Of a stretch of 64,000 nucleotides of DNA, positions 37,608 through 47,578 are shown one piece after another. Numbering within the stretch: position 1 is the stretch's first letter; each line of letters starts with the position of its first letter. The translations under genes were made by a program, and so were the position numbers. The notes beneath the pieces were generated by a model that was not told where the DNA came from, did not search any database, and saw nothing but the letters and a program-made list of their open reading frames with translations. The DNA is taken from contig OY761558.1 of NCBI GenBank assembly GCA_963664725.1, forward strand, positions 1,498,224-1,562,223, read 5' to 3'. Origin of the DNA: Dehalococcoidia bacterium (lineage in GTDB: Bacteria > Chloroflexota > Dehalococcoidia > Lucifugimonadales > UBA3495).

Positions 37608-38060
37608 TTAGCCATGGTCTTTGAAGCGGACCATGAAGCTGGCCTCGCCCAGGGGCGTGCCGTCCAGCAGGATGGCGGCGACGTGGGTGCCGGCCCGTTG
37701 CACCGGAATGCGGAAGGTCTTGATCCATCGCTGGAACAGGATACCCTCCTCCCAGTCAATGGCCTGGGGAGGCGGCGTGTCCAGGGGGATGCCCGGGGCC
37801 TTGATGGCCACCATCAAGTGGTGGGCGCCCGGGTTGGCCCCGGCGATGCAGAAGGCCAGGTTGACGTCAACCTGGGCCAGAATTGGGGTTTCAGGACCGG
37901 GGGTTTCCGCCGGCGCGGGCAACTCCACCAGGTCGATTACTCCCTTGAAGGTAAGTTCGTCGTCGTTACCGGTTTCAGTATCGTGACAAAACAGGGCGTA
38001 TTTCAGATAGGGTTCGGCTGGGCTGGTGGTCAACCGGAGGGCTCCTTTCAACGGGCGCAC
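37608..38060 (-). CDS. hypothetical beta-rich protein
   Basis: YALFCH..LTFKGVID..LDGTPL pattern; coding-like codon usage. Confidence 0.7.
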   Translation of the reverse strand: MRPLKGALRLTTSPAEPYLKYALFCHDTETGNDDELTFKGVIDLVELPAPAETPGPETPILAQVDVNLAFCIAGANPGAHHLMVAIKAPGIPLDTPPPQAIDWEEGILFQRWIKTFRIPVQRAGTHVAAILLDGTPLGEASFMVRFKDHG

Positions 38061-38190
38061 AAGGGCTGCCCGAAATTGGTTGGATCATTCTAGCACTTTC
38101 GTGGCGGCGTACCCAAGGGTTGGGACGGGTTTCCAATGCCGCACCGGCGTCTGAAGGCTAATGCTGCCCTGGCGATAAGTAGTGCTCCGA

Positions 38191-38268
38191 TTCAGGTGGT
38201 CTTACTTGTGAGACCAGGGCAGACGCACAGGTCTGCCCCTACCGTTCCGATGGTCCATACCACCTGAA
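38191..38268. repeat. REP-containing miniature inverted-repeat element, copy 1
   Basis: TTCAGGTGGT..GTAG-REP..ACCACCTGAA; near-identical to 49367-49443. Confidence 0.75.
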
Positions 38269-38372
38269 ATGCAACCCTGCCCTGGCGGCAGAGGTGGTGG
38301 ATTAGTTGGGGTGGAAGGGGTAGGATGTCGATCAGACAACGGACGGGGACCTCATTTCGAGGCGGCAACGGA

Positions 38373-38765
38373 ATGCAGCAGAGACACATAGGGGATGCGA
38401 TCAACATCGGCTGGCCCGATTTTGGCCGACGGGAACAGGCGTTCACCATCGTTGACCTGGACCAGTTGGGGCAGGTTTTCAGGGCCCGGGTTACGGACGG
38501 GGAGCGTCAGGGCGGATTCCTGGTGATCTACGACTGCCCGGACGTGGTGCTGGAACAACTGGCGGAGCAGGCGACCAACGCGGTGGGGTTCCGGGTAATC
38601 GTGTCCAGCCTGCGGTGCAGCGTGGACGGCGAGGTGCTGCGCAGCTTTGACTACGAGTGGTACCCGACCCCGGAATTTGCGGAGCGGCCCCGGCAACTGG
38701 CGCAGGCTTTGGCCGGCCTGCTGGATGACATGCGGGGCGGGAGCGACTCCCAATCCTCTGAGTGA
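38373..38765 (+). CDS. hypothetical protein
   Basis: Genome-typical codon usage; GAGG upstream. Confidence 0.7.
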   Translation: MQQRHIGDAINIGWPDFGRREQAFTIVDLDQLGQVFRARVTDGERQGGFLVIYDCPDVVLEQLAEQATNAVGFRVIVSSLRCSVDGEVLRSFDYEWYPTPEFAERPRQLAQALAGLLDDMRGGSDSQSSE

Positions 38766-38931
38766 AGCCGGCAGGTTGCCGGTTCACGCCTTCCAGAACC
38801 CCCTTTCCCCCTCCTGCGGGGCAAACTAAGTAGGTCGACCTCCGCCGCAGTCAAAAAGACGGTGCGAAGGGATTGCCCTCCGCACCTGAATGATGTCAGC
38901 CCGGTATCTCGGGCCGCAACGCCAGAATGAC

Positions 38932-40209
38932 TTAATTGTTGTCGGGTTCGGCCGCCCCCGTGGCAGACTCGGATGCCGTCCAGGTTACGTTGTCGCAGTC
39001 CGTGTTGTCGCAAGCGCCTGCCTGGAAGATGTAGGTAGTGCCGGTGGTAATGTCACCCGACTCCGTGAAGTAATAGCTATTGGGGGCATCGTATTCGGTG
39101 CCGTTGGCGCCCCACATCTGGGGAAAGCCAGTGGACGAAATGGTTATTGGCGTGTTCCAGTCGGACATGGGGTCATCGTCCTTGTACCGGACCTGGTAAG
39201 CAGGGATGTCGGAGATGGAATCCCAACTGGCGACGATGCGCGATCCTATTCCTGGCGTGCCGCTGTAATAGGCATACAGGGCAAAGTCCTGGGGAGCGGA
39301 CGGGTTGGAGTAGGTCAGCTTCCCGTTCACCACGCTGATCTTGTTCGAAGTAGTCAGGGTTGCCGTGGCCTCCGCCGGAGTGCTGGGAGGGCTTGGCGGG
39401 TTTTCGCCAAAGCACAGCGTCCGGTCGTACTTTTCGTTGATGGGGTAGAGCCGATAGGTGTACTTGTTGGCGTCGTTGGCGGTATCGTAGGCCGAGACGT
39501 AACGGTCGGTGAAGTAACCCCACAGGCTGAGGGGCCAGAATACGCACATGTCAACGCCGTCGGTTCCCAGGTACTCCCGCATCAGGATGTAGCCCGTCGT
39601 CGCTCCGTTGTCATCGGCCAGGTCCCAGGTGACTCTCACCCTGCCGTGCCTCGCGGTGACCACCTGGAAGTTGGTGGGAGTTGCCAGGTCTTCCACCCCC
39701 ACGTTGTCCGGATCTATAATCGTGATGGGACCCACCTGGGTGGCGGCGCTGAAGGTATAGCCCTCGTCAGGGTCCGGGTCCCGAACGTAGCCCCACCTGG
39801 CGTTTTCATCGCAGGTTACTTCGTCAATATACGAGAAAGTCTGCTCGTTGATGGAGAAGACCTGGAAATACCAGTCGTCGGCCGCTTCCAGTTTCCCGCC
39901 TTTGGCCGTGCTGATGCTGATGGTGCTACCGTCCGGGTACCCGCCGGCTACCACACACTCCCAGTCGTCGGTGGTTCCCCGGCGCTTCTCCATAACGTAC
40001 CCGTCATCGGCATCGTCGTAGTCCCACTCCAGCACACCGACAAAGCCGTCCTCGTCGTTTCCGTTGAACCTGGTGAACTCCAGGTTGGTGGGCGCCGAAG
40101 GGGCGCTCTGGGCGGCGGCAGGCCAGGGCGTCACCATCATGAAGGCCACAAGGGCCGCCAGGACCAGGGTAAGGGCACTAACCCGCCATTTGTTTGTGAT
40201 CGAGTTCAC
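38932..40209 (-). CDS. secreted fibronectin type III-like repeat protein
   Basis: GGAGG RBS, signal peptide ending AAA-Q, APSAPTNL / TPTNFQV / PSAPQDF units with W..YQVRY. Confidence 0.8.
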   Translation of the reverse strand: MNSITNKWRVSALTLVLAALVAFMMVTPWPAAAQSAPSAPTNLEFTRFNGNDEDGFVGVLEWDYDDADDGYVMEKRRGTTDDWECVVAGGYPDGSTISISTAKGGKLEAADDWYFQVFSINEQTFSYIDEVTCDENARWGYVRDPDPDEGYTFSAATQVGPITIIDPDNVGVEDLATPTNFQVVTARHGRVRVTWDLADDNGATTGYILMREYLGTDGVDMCVFWPLSLWGYFTDRYVSAYDTANDANKYTYRLYPINEKYDRTLCFGENPPSPPSTPAEATATLTTSNKISVVNGKLTYSNPSAPQDFALYAYYSGTPGIGSRIVASWDSISDIPAYQVRYKDDDPMSDWNTPITISSTGFPQMWGANGTEYDAPNSYYFTESGDITTGTTYIFQAGACDNTDCDNVTWTASESATGAAEPDNN

Positions 40210-40593
40210 TTCACTACCTCCTCGCGTTTTGTGTCCACGGGTATCTGTCGTGGGCTTTGCCGGCGCTTCCCGGGCAGGCCGGCCGATCAAGACCCCGCAG
40301 ACCCCTGAGGCGTGAGGAAGTATATGAGCTAGTTTATGACAAGTGTTAGAGGAATACGATGTACTTATGGTTGCAAGGTGATACATGCCTGAGGCAAGTA
40401 TCGGGGGCTACCTGCTACGCATGAGATCGGCCCCACTCGCCCCTGGCTCGTTGAAGGCTCCGGAATACAGGAGGGAGTGATTCACCCAGGCCCGATATAC
40501 TCTTGCCCGCATCCATTACACAGATTGGAAGGCGGCAAGCGATTGGCCTTATTTCATTTACAACCCCCCTCCTGTAAGGCATATAATTGACTC

Positions 40594-41832
40594 ATGCCCG
40601 AATTCTTCAATGTCCTTCCACCACAACGGGCTCTGGCTGCCCTGCTAGAAGCGCTGCCATCGCCTGCCCCTGCCAGCGAGAATGTGCCGATGCAGGATGC
40701 TCTTGGACGCATTACCGCTGCAGACCTGGTTTCAGGACAGGACCTGCCCACATTTCCCCGCTCCACGGTTGACGGTTACTCCCTCCGGGCCGCCGACACC
40801 TTCGGCGCCACCGAGGGGTTGCCCGCCTACTTTTCCGTAGTCGGAGAAATCCCCATGGGCAGCGCCGCCAATATATCTGTAGAGCTGGGGGAAGCCGCCG
40901 GCACCTATACCGGAGGCATGCTGGCCAACGGCGCCAACGCCGTTGTTATGGTGGAGAACACCCAGGAAGTCGACGCGAACACCATAGAAGTCGTCCGGCC
41001 TGTGGCTCCGGGCGAGAACGTTGTCCAGCCCGGCGAAGATGTTCATGCGGGAGAAGCCATCCTGCTTCGCGGACACGTGCTGCGGCCACAGGATATCGGT
41101 GGACTTGCCGCGCTGGGAATCACCAGCGTTACGGTGGCCCGTCGCCCCAGAATAGCTGTCCTGTCCATGGGCGACGAAGTGGTGCCGCCGGATAGCGAGC
41201 CATCAGTCGGCCAGATCAGGGACGTTAACAGTTATTCAATAGCCTCCCAGATCCTCCGGGACGGTGGCGAACCCGTTCCGCTCGGCATCGTCTCTGACAA
41301 TTACGAGGAACAGCTTGAAACTGCGCGTTGGAGTCTACAACATTCCGACGCGCTGGTCTTTTCCGCCGGCAGTTCGGTCAGCAGTCGCGACATGACGGCC
41401 GATGTCATCAATGCCCTGGGGGATCCGGGAGTCTTGGTCCACGGCCTGTCCATCCGTCCCGGAAAGCCGGCGATAGTGGGGTTGGTGGATGGAAAGCCTG
41501 CCTTCGGCCTGCCGGGCAACCCCGTTTCGGCCATGATCGTGTTTGACCTGGTGGTGCGGCCCACCCTTTACCACCTGGCCGGCTGCGTCCGCCCTCCCAA
41601 ACCGGCGACTGCCCAGGCTGCCCTGACCCTGGACATCGCCTCGGCGGCGGGCAGGGAGGACTATGTGCCGGTCCGGTTGTCCGGCAACGGCAACGGCGAG
41701 TTGAAAGCGGAGCCCATATTCGGCAAGTCCAACCTGATCTTCACCCTCATCCGCGCCGACGGCCTGGTGCAGGTACCGCTGGACAAGGCGGGGCTGTATG
41801 CGGGGGAGATGGTATCCGTGCGGCTGTTTTGA
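40594..41832 (+). CDS. moeA: molybdopterin molybdotransferase
   Basis: RSTVDGY, GDEV, RPGKP, GLPGNP. Confidence 0.94.
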   Translation: MPEFFNVLPPQRALAALLEALPSPAPASENVPMQDALGRITAADLVSGQDLPTFPRSTVDGYSLRAADTFGATEGLPAYFSVVGEIPMGSAANISVELGEAAGTYTGGMLANGANAVVMVENTQEVDANTIEVVRPVAPGENVVQPGEDVHAGEAILLRGHVLRPQDIGGLAALGITSVTVARRPRIAVLSMGDEVVPPDSEPSVGQIRDVNSYSIASQILRDGGEPVPLGIVSDNYEEQLETARWSLQHSDALVFSAGSSVSSRDMTADVINALGDPGVLVHGLSIRPGKPAIVGLVDGKPAFGLPGNPVSAMIVFDLVVRPTLYHLAGCVRPPKPATAQAALTLDIASAAGREDYVPVRLSGNGNGELKAEPIFGKSNLIFTLIRADGLVQVPLDKAGLYAGEMVSVRLF

Positions 41833-41938
41833 ACCGTGATTGAAACAAGGATATACAGGATGTACAGGATCAGGTTTGTATCTAATCTGAATCCTGAATA
41901 TCCTTTACATCCCTGTTAGGCAGAGGAGCGGCAGAAAT

Positions 41939-42676
41939 ATGACTGTGGACCTGCCTCCAGCCATAATTTTCGATATGGACGACACGATTCTGGCTGACGA
42001 TGCCACGTCCGATATCTGCTGGGAACAGGTGCTTCGCGAGTTTTCTTCTCACATCCCCGGGGTGACAACGCATGACCTTATCCCCGTACTTCGCGATGTC
42101 CGCCGCTGGTACTGGTCCGATCCCGACCGCAACAGGTGGGGGGACCGCAACTTGAGGGAGGCTCGGGTACAGATTCTTTCCCTGGCCCTCAACCGCCACG
42201 GCGTTCGGGACGACGTTCCGACCGGAGATATGGTAGATGTATACATGGAACTCAGGGCTTCAACTGTCCAGTTCAACCCCGGCGCGGAGGATGCCCTGGA
42301 GTCCCTCCGTTCCGCGGGAGTGAAGCTTGGCCTGATTACCAACGGCGATGCCCAGGGCCAGCGGTCCAAGGTAGCAAGGGCAGGTCTGGAACCTTATTTT
42401 GAATCGGTCTTGCTGGCGGGTGAGTTTGGTGTTGCCAAGCCGGATCCCCGGGTATTCCACCACACGCTGGAACAGTTGCAGGCAACCCCCGACCAGGCCT
42501 GGATGGTCGGTGACAACCTGCACGCCGATGTGGGCGGCGCCCAGGCCGTAGGAATTTACGGAGTATGGGTTGACTGGCAGGGTATTGGCTTGCCTGAGGA
42601 CAGTCCGGTTAAGCCGGACCGCATAGTCCGTTCAATTTCGGAATTGGTAAACCAGGGCCGCGCTGCAACGCATTGA
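41939..42676 (+). CDS. HAD family hydrolase, paralog 1
   Basis: FDMDDT, ITNG, KPD, MVGD. Confidence 0.92.
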   Translation: MTVDLPPAIIFDMDDTILADDATSDICWEQVLREFSSHIPGVTTHDLIPVLRDVRRWYWSDPDRNRWGDRNLREARVQILSLALNRHGVRDDVPTGDMVDVYMELRASTVQFNPGAEDALESLRSAGVKLGLITNGDAQGQRSKVARAGLEPYFESVLLAGEFGVAKPDPRVFHHTLEQLQATPDQAWMVGDNLHADVGGAQAVGIYGVWVDWQGIGLPEDSPVKPDRIVRSISELVNQGRAATH

Positions 42677-42736
42677 CCCCCGCGGTCGATGGAAGACCCG
42701 AAGCGGGGCCCGACTATACAAGACTTTGGATAAGAT

Positions 42737-43465
42737 ATGACCACCGAGCTACCCCCGGCCATAATTTTTGACCTGGACGATACTATCCTCTCCGACGACA
42801 GGGCGGCGGAGCGGTGCTTTCGCCAGGTCTGCCATGAAATGTTCCACAGGTTTCAGCCAGTCTCACCCGACGAACTCCTTGCCGACATCACGGAGGTGCG
42901 CCGCTGGTACTGGGCGGACCCGGAGAGGATACGCCGGGGCAGCCTCAACCTGGCGCTGGCCCGCCGTGAACTGCTGTCCATGGCCTTTGAGCGGCACGGG
43001 ATTGAGGACGATGATCTGCTGGAGGAAATGTCGGACGCCTATCAGAAGCTCAAGGCGGCTACCATTGAAATTATACCCGGCGCCCTGGATACGCTGCGGG
43101 CCCTGCGATCGGGCGGCATCAGGCTGGGACTGATTACCAACGGCGATGCGGCCGGCCAGCGGGCCAAGGTGCAGAAGGCAGGGCTGGAACCGCTGTTTGA
43201 CTCCACCCTGGTGGCCGGCGAGTTCGGCGTGGCCAAGCCGGACCCGCAGATATTTCTCCACACCCTGGAACGCCTCCAGGCAGAGGCCCACGAGGCCTGG
43301 ATGGTGGGGGACAACCTGTACGCCGATATCGGCGGGGCGCAGGCCGTGGGCATTAAGGGCGTGTGGGTGGACTGGCGGGGCAACGGCCTGCCGGACAACA
43401 CCCCTGCCGTCCCGTACCGAACCATACAATCCATAGTTGAGTTGAATCCAGCAAACACGGGGTGA
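42737..43465 (+). CDS. HAD family hydrolase, paralog 2
   Basis: FDLDDT, ITNG, KPD, MVGD. Confidence 0.92.
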   Translation: MTTELPPAIIFDLDDTILSDDRAAERCFRQVCHEMFHRFQPVSPDELLADITEVRRWYWADPERIRRGSLNLALARRELLSMAFERHGIEDDDLLEEMSDAYQKLKAATIEIIPGALDTLRALRSGGIRLGLITNGDAAGQRAKVQKAGLEPLFDSTLVAGEFGVAKPDPQIFLHTLERLQAEAHEAWMVGDNLYADIGGAQAVGIKGVWVDWRGNGLPDNTPAVPYRTIQSIVELNPANTG

Positions 43466-45426
43466 ACGTCGTGACCCAATCCCACCATTCCCAGCGACGC
43501 TACTACCTTTCCGATATCCCGCTGGAAGAGGCCCGGGACAGGTTTTGCTCGGCCCTCCTCGAGGCTGGCGCCCAAGAACCAATGCCGGCGGAGATAGCTC
43601 CCCTGGCAAGCGCCCGAGGGCGCATAACGGCAGCCCCCATCTGGGCCGTCGCCTCCTCTCCCCACTACGACGCCGCCGCCATGGACGGCATAGCCGTTCG
43701 CGCCGCCGATACCACCGGCGCCACGGAGACCTCGCCCATTACCCTGGCAGTGGGAGGGCAGGAACCTCAGGCAGTATGGGTGGATACGGGCGACCCAATG
43801 CCTCGGGGCTTCGACGCCGTCATTATGATCGAAAACCTGCACCTGGTGGGCGACGACCACGTCAGCATCATGGCGCCGGTGGCCCCCTGGCAGCACGTGC
43901 GGCCGCTGGGCGAGGACATTGTCGCCACCGAACTGGTGTTGCCCGAAAACCATCGCCTGACCCCGGCCGACCTGGGCGCCTGCGCCGCCGCCGGCCTCAG
44001 GGAGATTCCGGTGCGCCGCCGTCCCTCGGTAGCCATTATCCCCACGGGCAATGAACTGGTGCCGGTGGGCGCGCAACTGGAGCCCGGCGATATAGTGGAG
44101 TTTAACTCCCTGATGCTGTCGGGCTTGATGGAGGAGTGGGGCGCCGCGCCGACGGTTTTGGATCCTGCGCCCGACGTTTTTGTGGCCATCCGCGATGCAG
44201 CCCTGGGGGCCCTGGCCGAGCACGACCTGGTGATTATCAACGCCGGTTCCTCGGCAGGGGCCGAGGATTACACCGCGCTGGTGGTGGAGGAACTGGGCCA
44301 GTTGCTGGTCCACGGCATTGCCGTCCGGCCCGGCCACCCGGTGGTGCTGGGAATTGCGGAGGGCAAGCCCCTGGTGGGGCTCCCCGGCTACCCCGTTTCC
44401 GCCATACTTACCGCGGAACTGCTGCTAAAGCCGTTAATCGAAAGATGGCTGGGGCAGGCGGGCAACAGCCAGCGCCCCACCGTAAGTGCGAACATAACCC
44501 GCAAGGTGGTGTCGCCGTCGGGCGAGGACGAGTTCCTGCGGGTGAAGCTGGGCCGGGTGGGAGAGAAGATGGTAGCTACGCCGGTGCAGCGGGGCGCGGG
44601 GGTCATTATGTCCCTGGTGCGGGCCGACGGCCTGGTGAAGATACCCCGCTTTTCCGAGGGTGTGGATCTGGGCTCGGAAGTGGCTGTGGAGTTGCTGCGT
44701 CCCCTGGTCGAAGTGGAAAACACCATCGTGGCCATAGGCAGCCACGACCTGACCCTGGACCTGATGTCCAGCTTCCTGCGCCGGGTGCCCGGCGGCGTCA
44801 ACCTGTCGTCATCCCACATTGGCTCCCTGGGCGGCCTTATCGCCCTGCGCCGGGGCGAGGCGCATTTGGCCGGTTCCCACCTGCTGGATGAGGTTAACGG
44901 CGAGTACAACCTCTCCTACATTGAGCGGTTCCTGCCAGGCCTGCCGGTAATGCTGGTTAACCTGGTGGGGCGGGTGCAGGGTCTCATCGTCCGGTCGGGC
45001 AACCCCCGGGAAATTGCTTCTCTGCCCGACCTGCTGCGCTCCGACGTTACCTTCATCAACCGCCAGCGGGGCTCCGGTACCCGGGTGCTGCTGGACTACA
45101 AGCTGAAGGAAATGGGCGCATTACCCGAGCAGGTCCACGGTTACGAGCGGGAGGAGTACAGCCACCTGGCCGTGGCGGCGGCGGTCAACGGCGGGGCCGC
45201 CGACGTGGGCCTGGGAATCCTCAGCGCGGCCCGAGCCCTGGACCTGGATTTCATACCACTGCTGAACGAGCAGTACGACCTGGTAATTCCCCGCACCCAC
45301 TACGAGAGCGACCTGTTACAACCGCTGCTGGCCCTGCTGTCCAACGAGGAGTTCCGGCAGGCGGTGAAGGAGTTGGGCGGCTATGACGTAAGCAAGATGG
45401 GAAGGGTGCAGGCGGAGATTGGGTAA
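43462..45426 (+). CDS. moeA: MoeA fused to PBP/LysR-type substrate-binding domain
   Basis: AAMDG, RPGHP, GLPGYP; C-terminal GSHD, GSLGGL, NRQRGSGTR, EQYDL. Confidence 0.93.
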   Translation: MNVVTQSHHSQRRYYLSDIPLEEARDRFCSALLEAGAQEPMPAEIAPLASARGRITAAPIWAVASSPHYDAAAMDGIAVRAADTTGATETSPITLAVGGQEPQAVWVDTGDPMPRGFDAVIMIENLHLVGDDHVSIMAPVAPWQHVRPLGEDIVATELVLPENHRLTPADLGACAAAGLREIPVRRRPSVAIIPTGNELVPVGAQLEPGDIVEFNSLMLSGLMEEWGAAPTVLDPAPDVFVAIRDAALGALAEHDLVIINAGSSAGAEDYTALVVEELGQLLVHGIAVRPGHPVVLGIAEGKPLVGLPGYPVSAILTAELLLKPLIERWLGQAGNSQRPTVSANITRKVVSPSGEDEFLRVKLGRVGEKMVATPVQRGAGVIMSLVRADGLVKIPRFSEGVDLGSEVAVELLRPLVEVENTIVAIGSHDLTLDLMSSFLRRVPGGVNLSSSHIGSLGGLIALRRGEAHLAGSHLLDEVNGEYNLSYIERFLPGLPVMLVNLVGRVQGLIVRSGNPREIASLPDLLRSDVTFINRQRGSGTRVLLDYKLKEMGALPEQVHGYEREEYSHLAVAAAVNGGAADVGLGILSAARALDLDFIPLLNEQYDLVIPRTHYESDLLQPLLALLSNEEFRQAVKELGGYDVSKMGRVQAEIG

Positions 45427-45504
45427 GAAATATGTAAGAATTTGCATGGTAGGCCAGTGTGGTAACATTGGTGCCGTAGCGAGCAGGGACTCGGCAGGTG
45501 TGTA

Positions 45505-46014
45505 ATGCGGAAGAAGCTGACTATTGCCTTGGACTGGGATGTGTATGAAAGGTTGTGCCACGTCGTCGGAGACACGGACGAAGAGCGGTGCACAGAGTTT
45601 ATCCTGCAGTTAGTGGAGGGCAGGGTCTGTTCTCCTTTTACCAATCCTGAAGCCAAACAACCTTACCGGCAACCGCCAGAAGACTCGGAGGCAGCAGCGC
45701 GGGCTTATCTGAAAACACTCTACCAGTCCGGGGACTTGGACTTGGCGCGGAAGAGTAGCGACCCGCCCCAGTGGGTGGAGTTAGCTTATCAGGCCATGTT
45801 GGCCGGAGATGCCTGGGATGGCAGCGCGGTAGCTATACTGGAATTGGGTGGCAGAGAAAGAGCGGAGCATGAACACCGAGAGGCCAAGGCGTTGGCACTG
45901 CTGGAGGCCGTATATTATGCCAAGTCTCGGGATGAGGCCAAATCCGGTGATGCCTTGGCCTGGGTAGAAGGTCTCGCTGCGGATTTGGGAGTCGACGAAA
46001 ATGATGCGTGGTGA
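45505..46014 (+). CDS. putative antitoxin (extended)
   Basis: MRKKLTI.LD.DVY ribbon-helix-helix-like start; overlaps the toxin start. Confidence 0.65.
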   Translation: MRKKLTIALDWDVYERLCHVVGDTDEERCTEFILQLVEGRVCSPFTNPEAKQPYRQPPEDSEAAARAYLKTLYQSGDLDLARKSSDPPQWVELAYQAMLAGDAWDGSAVAILELGGRERAEHEHREAKALALLEAVYYAKSRDEAKSGDALAWVEGLAADLGVDENDAW

Positions 46015-46354
46015 AATCTGGTGGGCCAACTTTGACCCCGCAGTGGGCGGAGAAATCAGGGGACGCCGGCCTGCCATTATCGTCAGCACCAATGTAAACA
46101 TTGACAGTATGAATCGGGTGCAAGTAGTTCCCACCACCAGCAACTTGAGCCGACTGGAAAGCAGCGAAACATTCGTCACATTCAACGGTCGGACTTCTAA
46201 AGCAATGGCCGACCAATTGACCACGCTGAGCAAACATCGGTTTAGCGGGCGCATCGGGGTAATTTCACCGGGAGACATGAGCAAAAACGAAGCCGCCATG
46301 CGTCACCAATTAGTCCTTCCTGAGCGCCGTTCTGAAGCGTCTGCTTCAAAATAG
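46001..46354 (+). CDS. PemK/MazF family toxin
   Basis: RGEIWW..DPAVGGEI..RPAIIVS, VVPTTS, ADQL. Confidence 0.92.
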   Translation: MMRGEIWWANFDPAVGGEIRGRRPAIIVSTNVNIDSMNRVQVVPTTSNLSRLESSETFVTFNGRTSKAMADQLTTLSKHRFSGRIGVISPGDMSKNEAAMRHQLVLPERRSEASASK

Positions 46355-46414
46355 ACTCCAACCGACCCTTTCTGGTCAATCTTGTAACTCCCCAACCCCC
46401 AACAGGAGGTATCC

Positions 46415-47461
46415 ATGCAGAGCAGCGAAATCCGCTTGACCGAGTTGTCCCACTGCGCCGGTTGAGCGGCGAAGATCAGCCTGGAGGACCTGGTACAGGT
46501 CCTGAGCCAATTTCCCCAGCTTTCCCACCCCGACCTGCTGGTCGGCACCGAGACGGGCGACGACGCGGCGGTCTACCGTATTAATGACGAAACCGCCCTG
46601 ATTATGACGGTGGACTTCTTCCCGCCCATTACCGATGACGCCTTTGAGTTTGGGTCCATTGCCGCCGCCAACGCCCTGAGCGATGTCTATGCCATGGGGG
46701 GCAAGCCCCTGGTAGCCCTCAACATCTGCGGCTTCCCTTCCGCCCTGGACAAGTCCATTCTGGGCGAGATCCTGCGGGGGGGCTACGCCAAGACGGCCGA
46801 GGCCGACTGTCTCATCGTAGGGGGCCACACGGTGGACGATCCGGAACCCAAGTACGGCCTTTCCGTTGTAGGTATAGTCGAGCCCGGCAAACAGACTACC
46901 AACGCCGGGGCAAAAGTGGGCGACACACTCATCCTGAGCAAGCCCCTGGGCACCGGCATTATCACCACGGCGTGCAAGCAGGGACGGGTTGATCCGGACA
47001 TTCTCCAGGGGGCGGTGGACACCATGGCCACCCTGAACCGGGGCGCGTCCGAGGCCATGACGAAGGTGGGTGTCCATTCCTGCACCGACATAACCGGTTT
47101 TGGGCTGATGGGGCACCTCAAGTCCATGGTCAAGGGCAGCGGCGTATGCGCGGAGATCAACCTGGGCAGCGTTCCAACCCTGCCGGGGACGTGGGATCTG
47201 CTGGAACAGGGCATTGCCCCCGGCGGCACCAGCCGAAACCGGGACAGCGTGGCCGATACGGTGCGCTGGCACCCAGACCTGTCCGATAACGACCAGTTGC
47301 TGCTGTGCGACGCCCAGACCTCCGGCGGCCTGCTGATGGCTGTGTCCAGCGACAAGGAAGAGCAACTTCTTGCGGAGTTGACGGCTCACGGGACGCCCTG
47401 CGCCACTGTGGTGGGCCGGATTACCGACGGGCCTGCAGGTACGATTGTAGCCAACCCGTAA
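46415..47461 (+). CDS. selD: selenophosphate synthetase, selenoprotein form (Sec17 at TGA 46463-46465)
   Basis: AGGAGG RBS; RLTELSHCAG-U-AAKI..DDAAVY..TVDFF..ANALSD..TDITGFGL..DAQTSGGL. Confidence 0.96.
46485..46503 (+). promoter_or_regulatory. SECIS-like hairpin
   Basis: AGGACCTG-GTA-CAGGTCCT, 19 nt after the UGA. Confidence 0.65.
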
Positions 47462-47578
47462 GGGAACCCGATACCGCTCACATACGGCCATCCACCAGGA
47501 AGGGCATTCGTGGATCCCGGGGCGGGTTGCATCTGAGTGCCTGTCCCCGGTTTGACACCCAAATGGGGGGTGACTAAT

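Noticed and set aside
38815-38860. c-di-GMP-I riboswitch (GGGCAAAC)
   Set aside because: No GAAA tetraloop stem or GACGCAAA; it lies between convergent genes.
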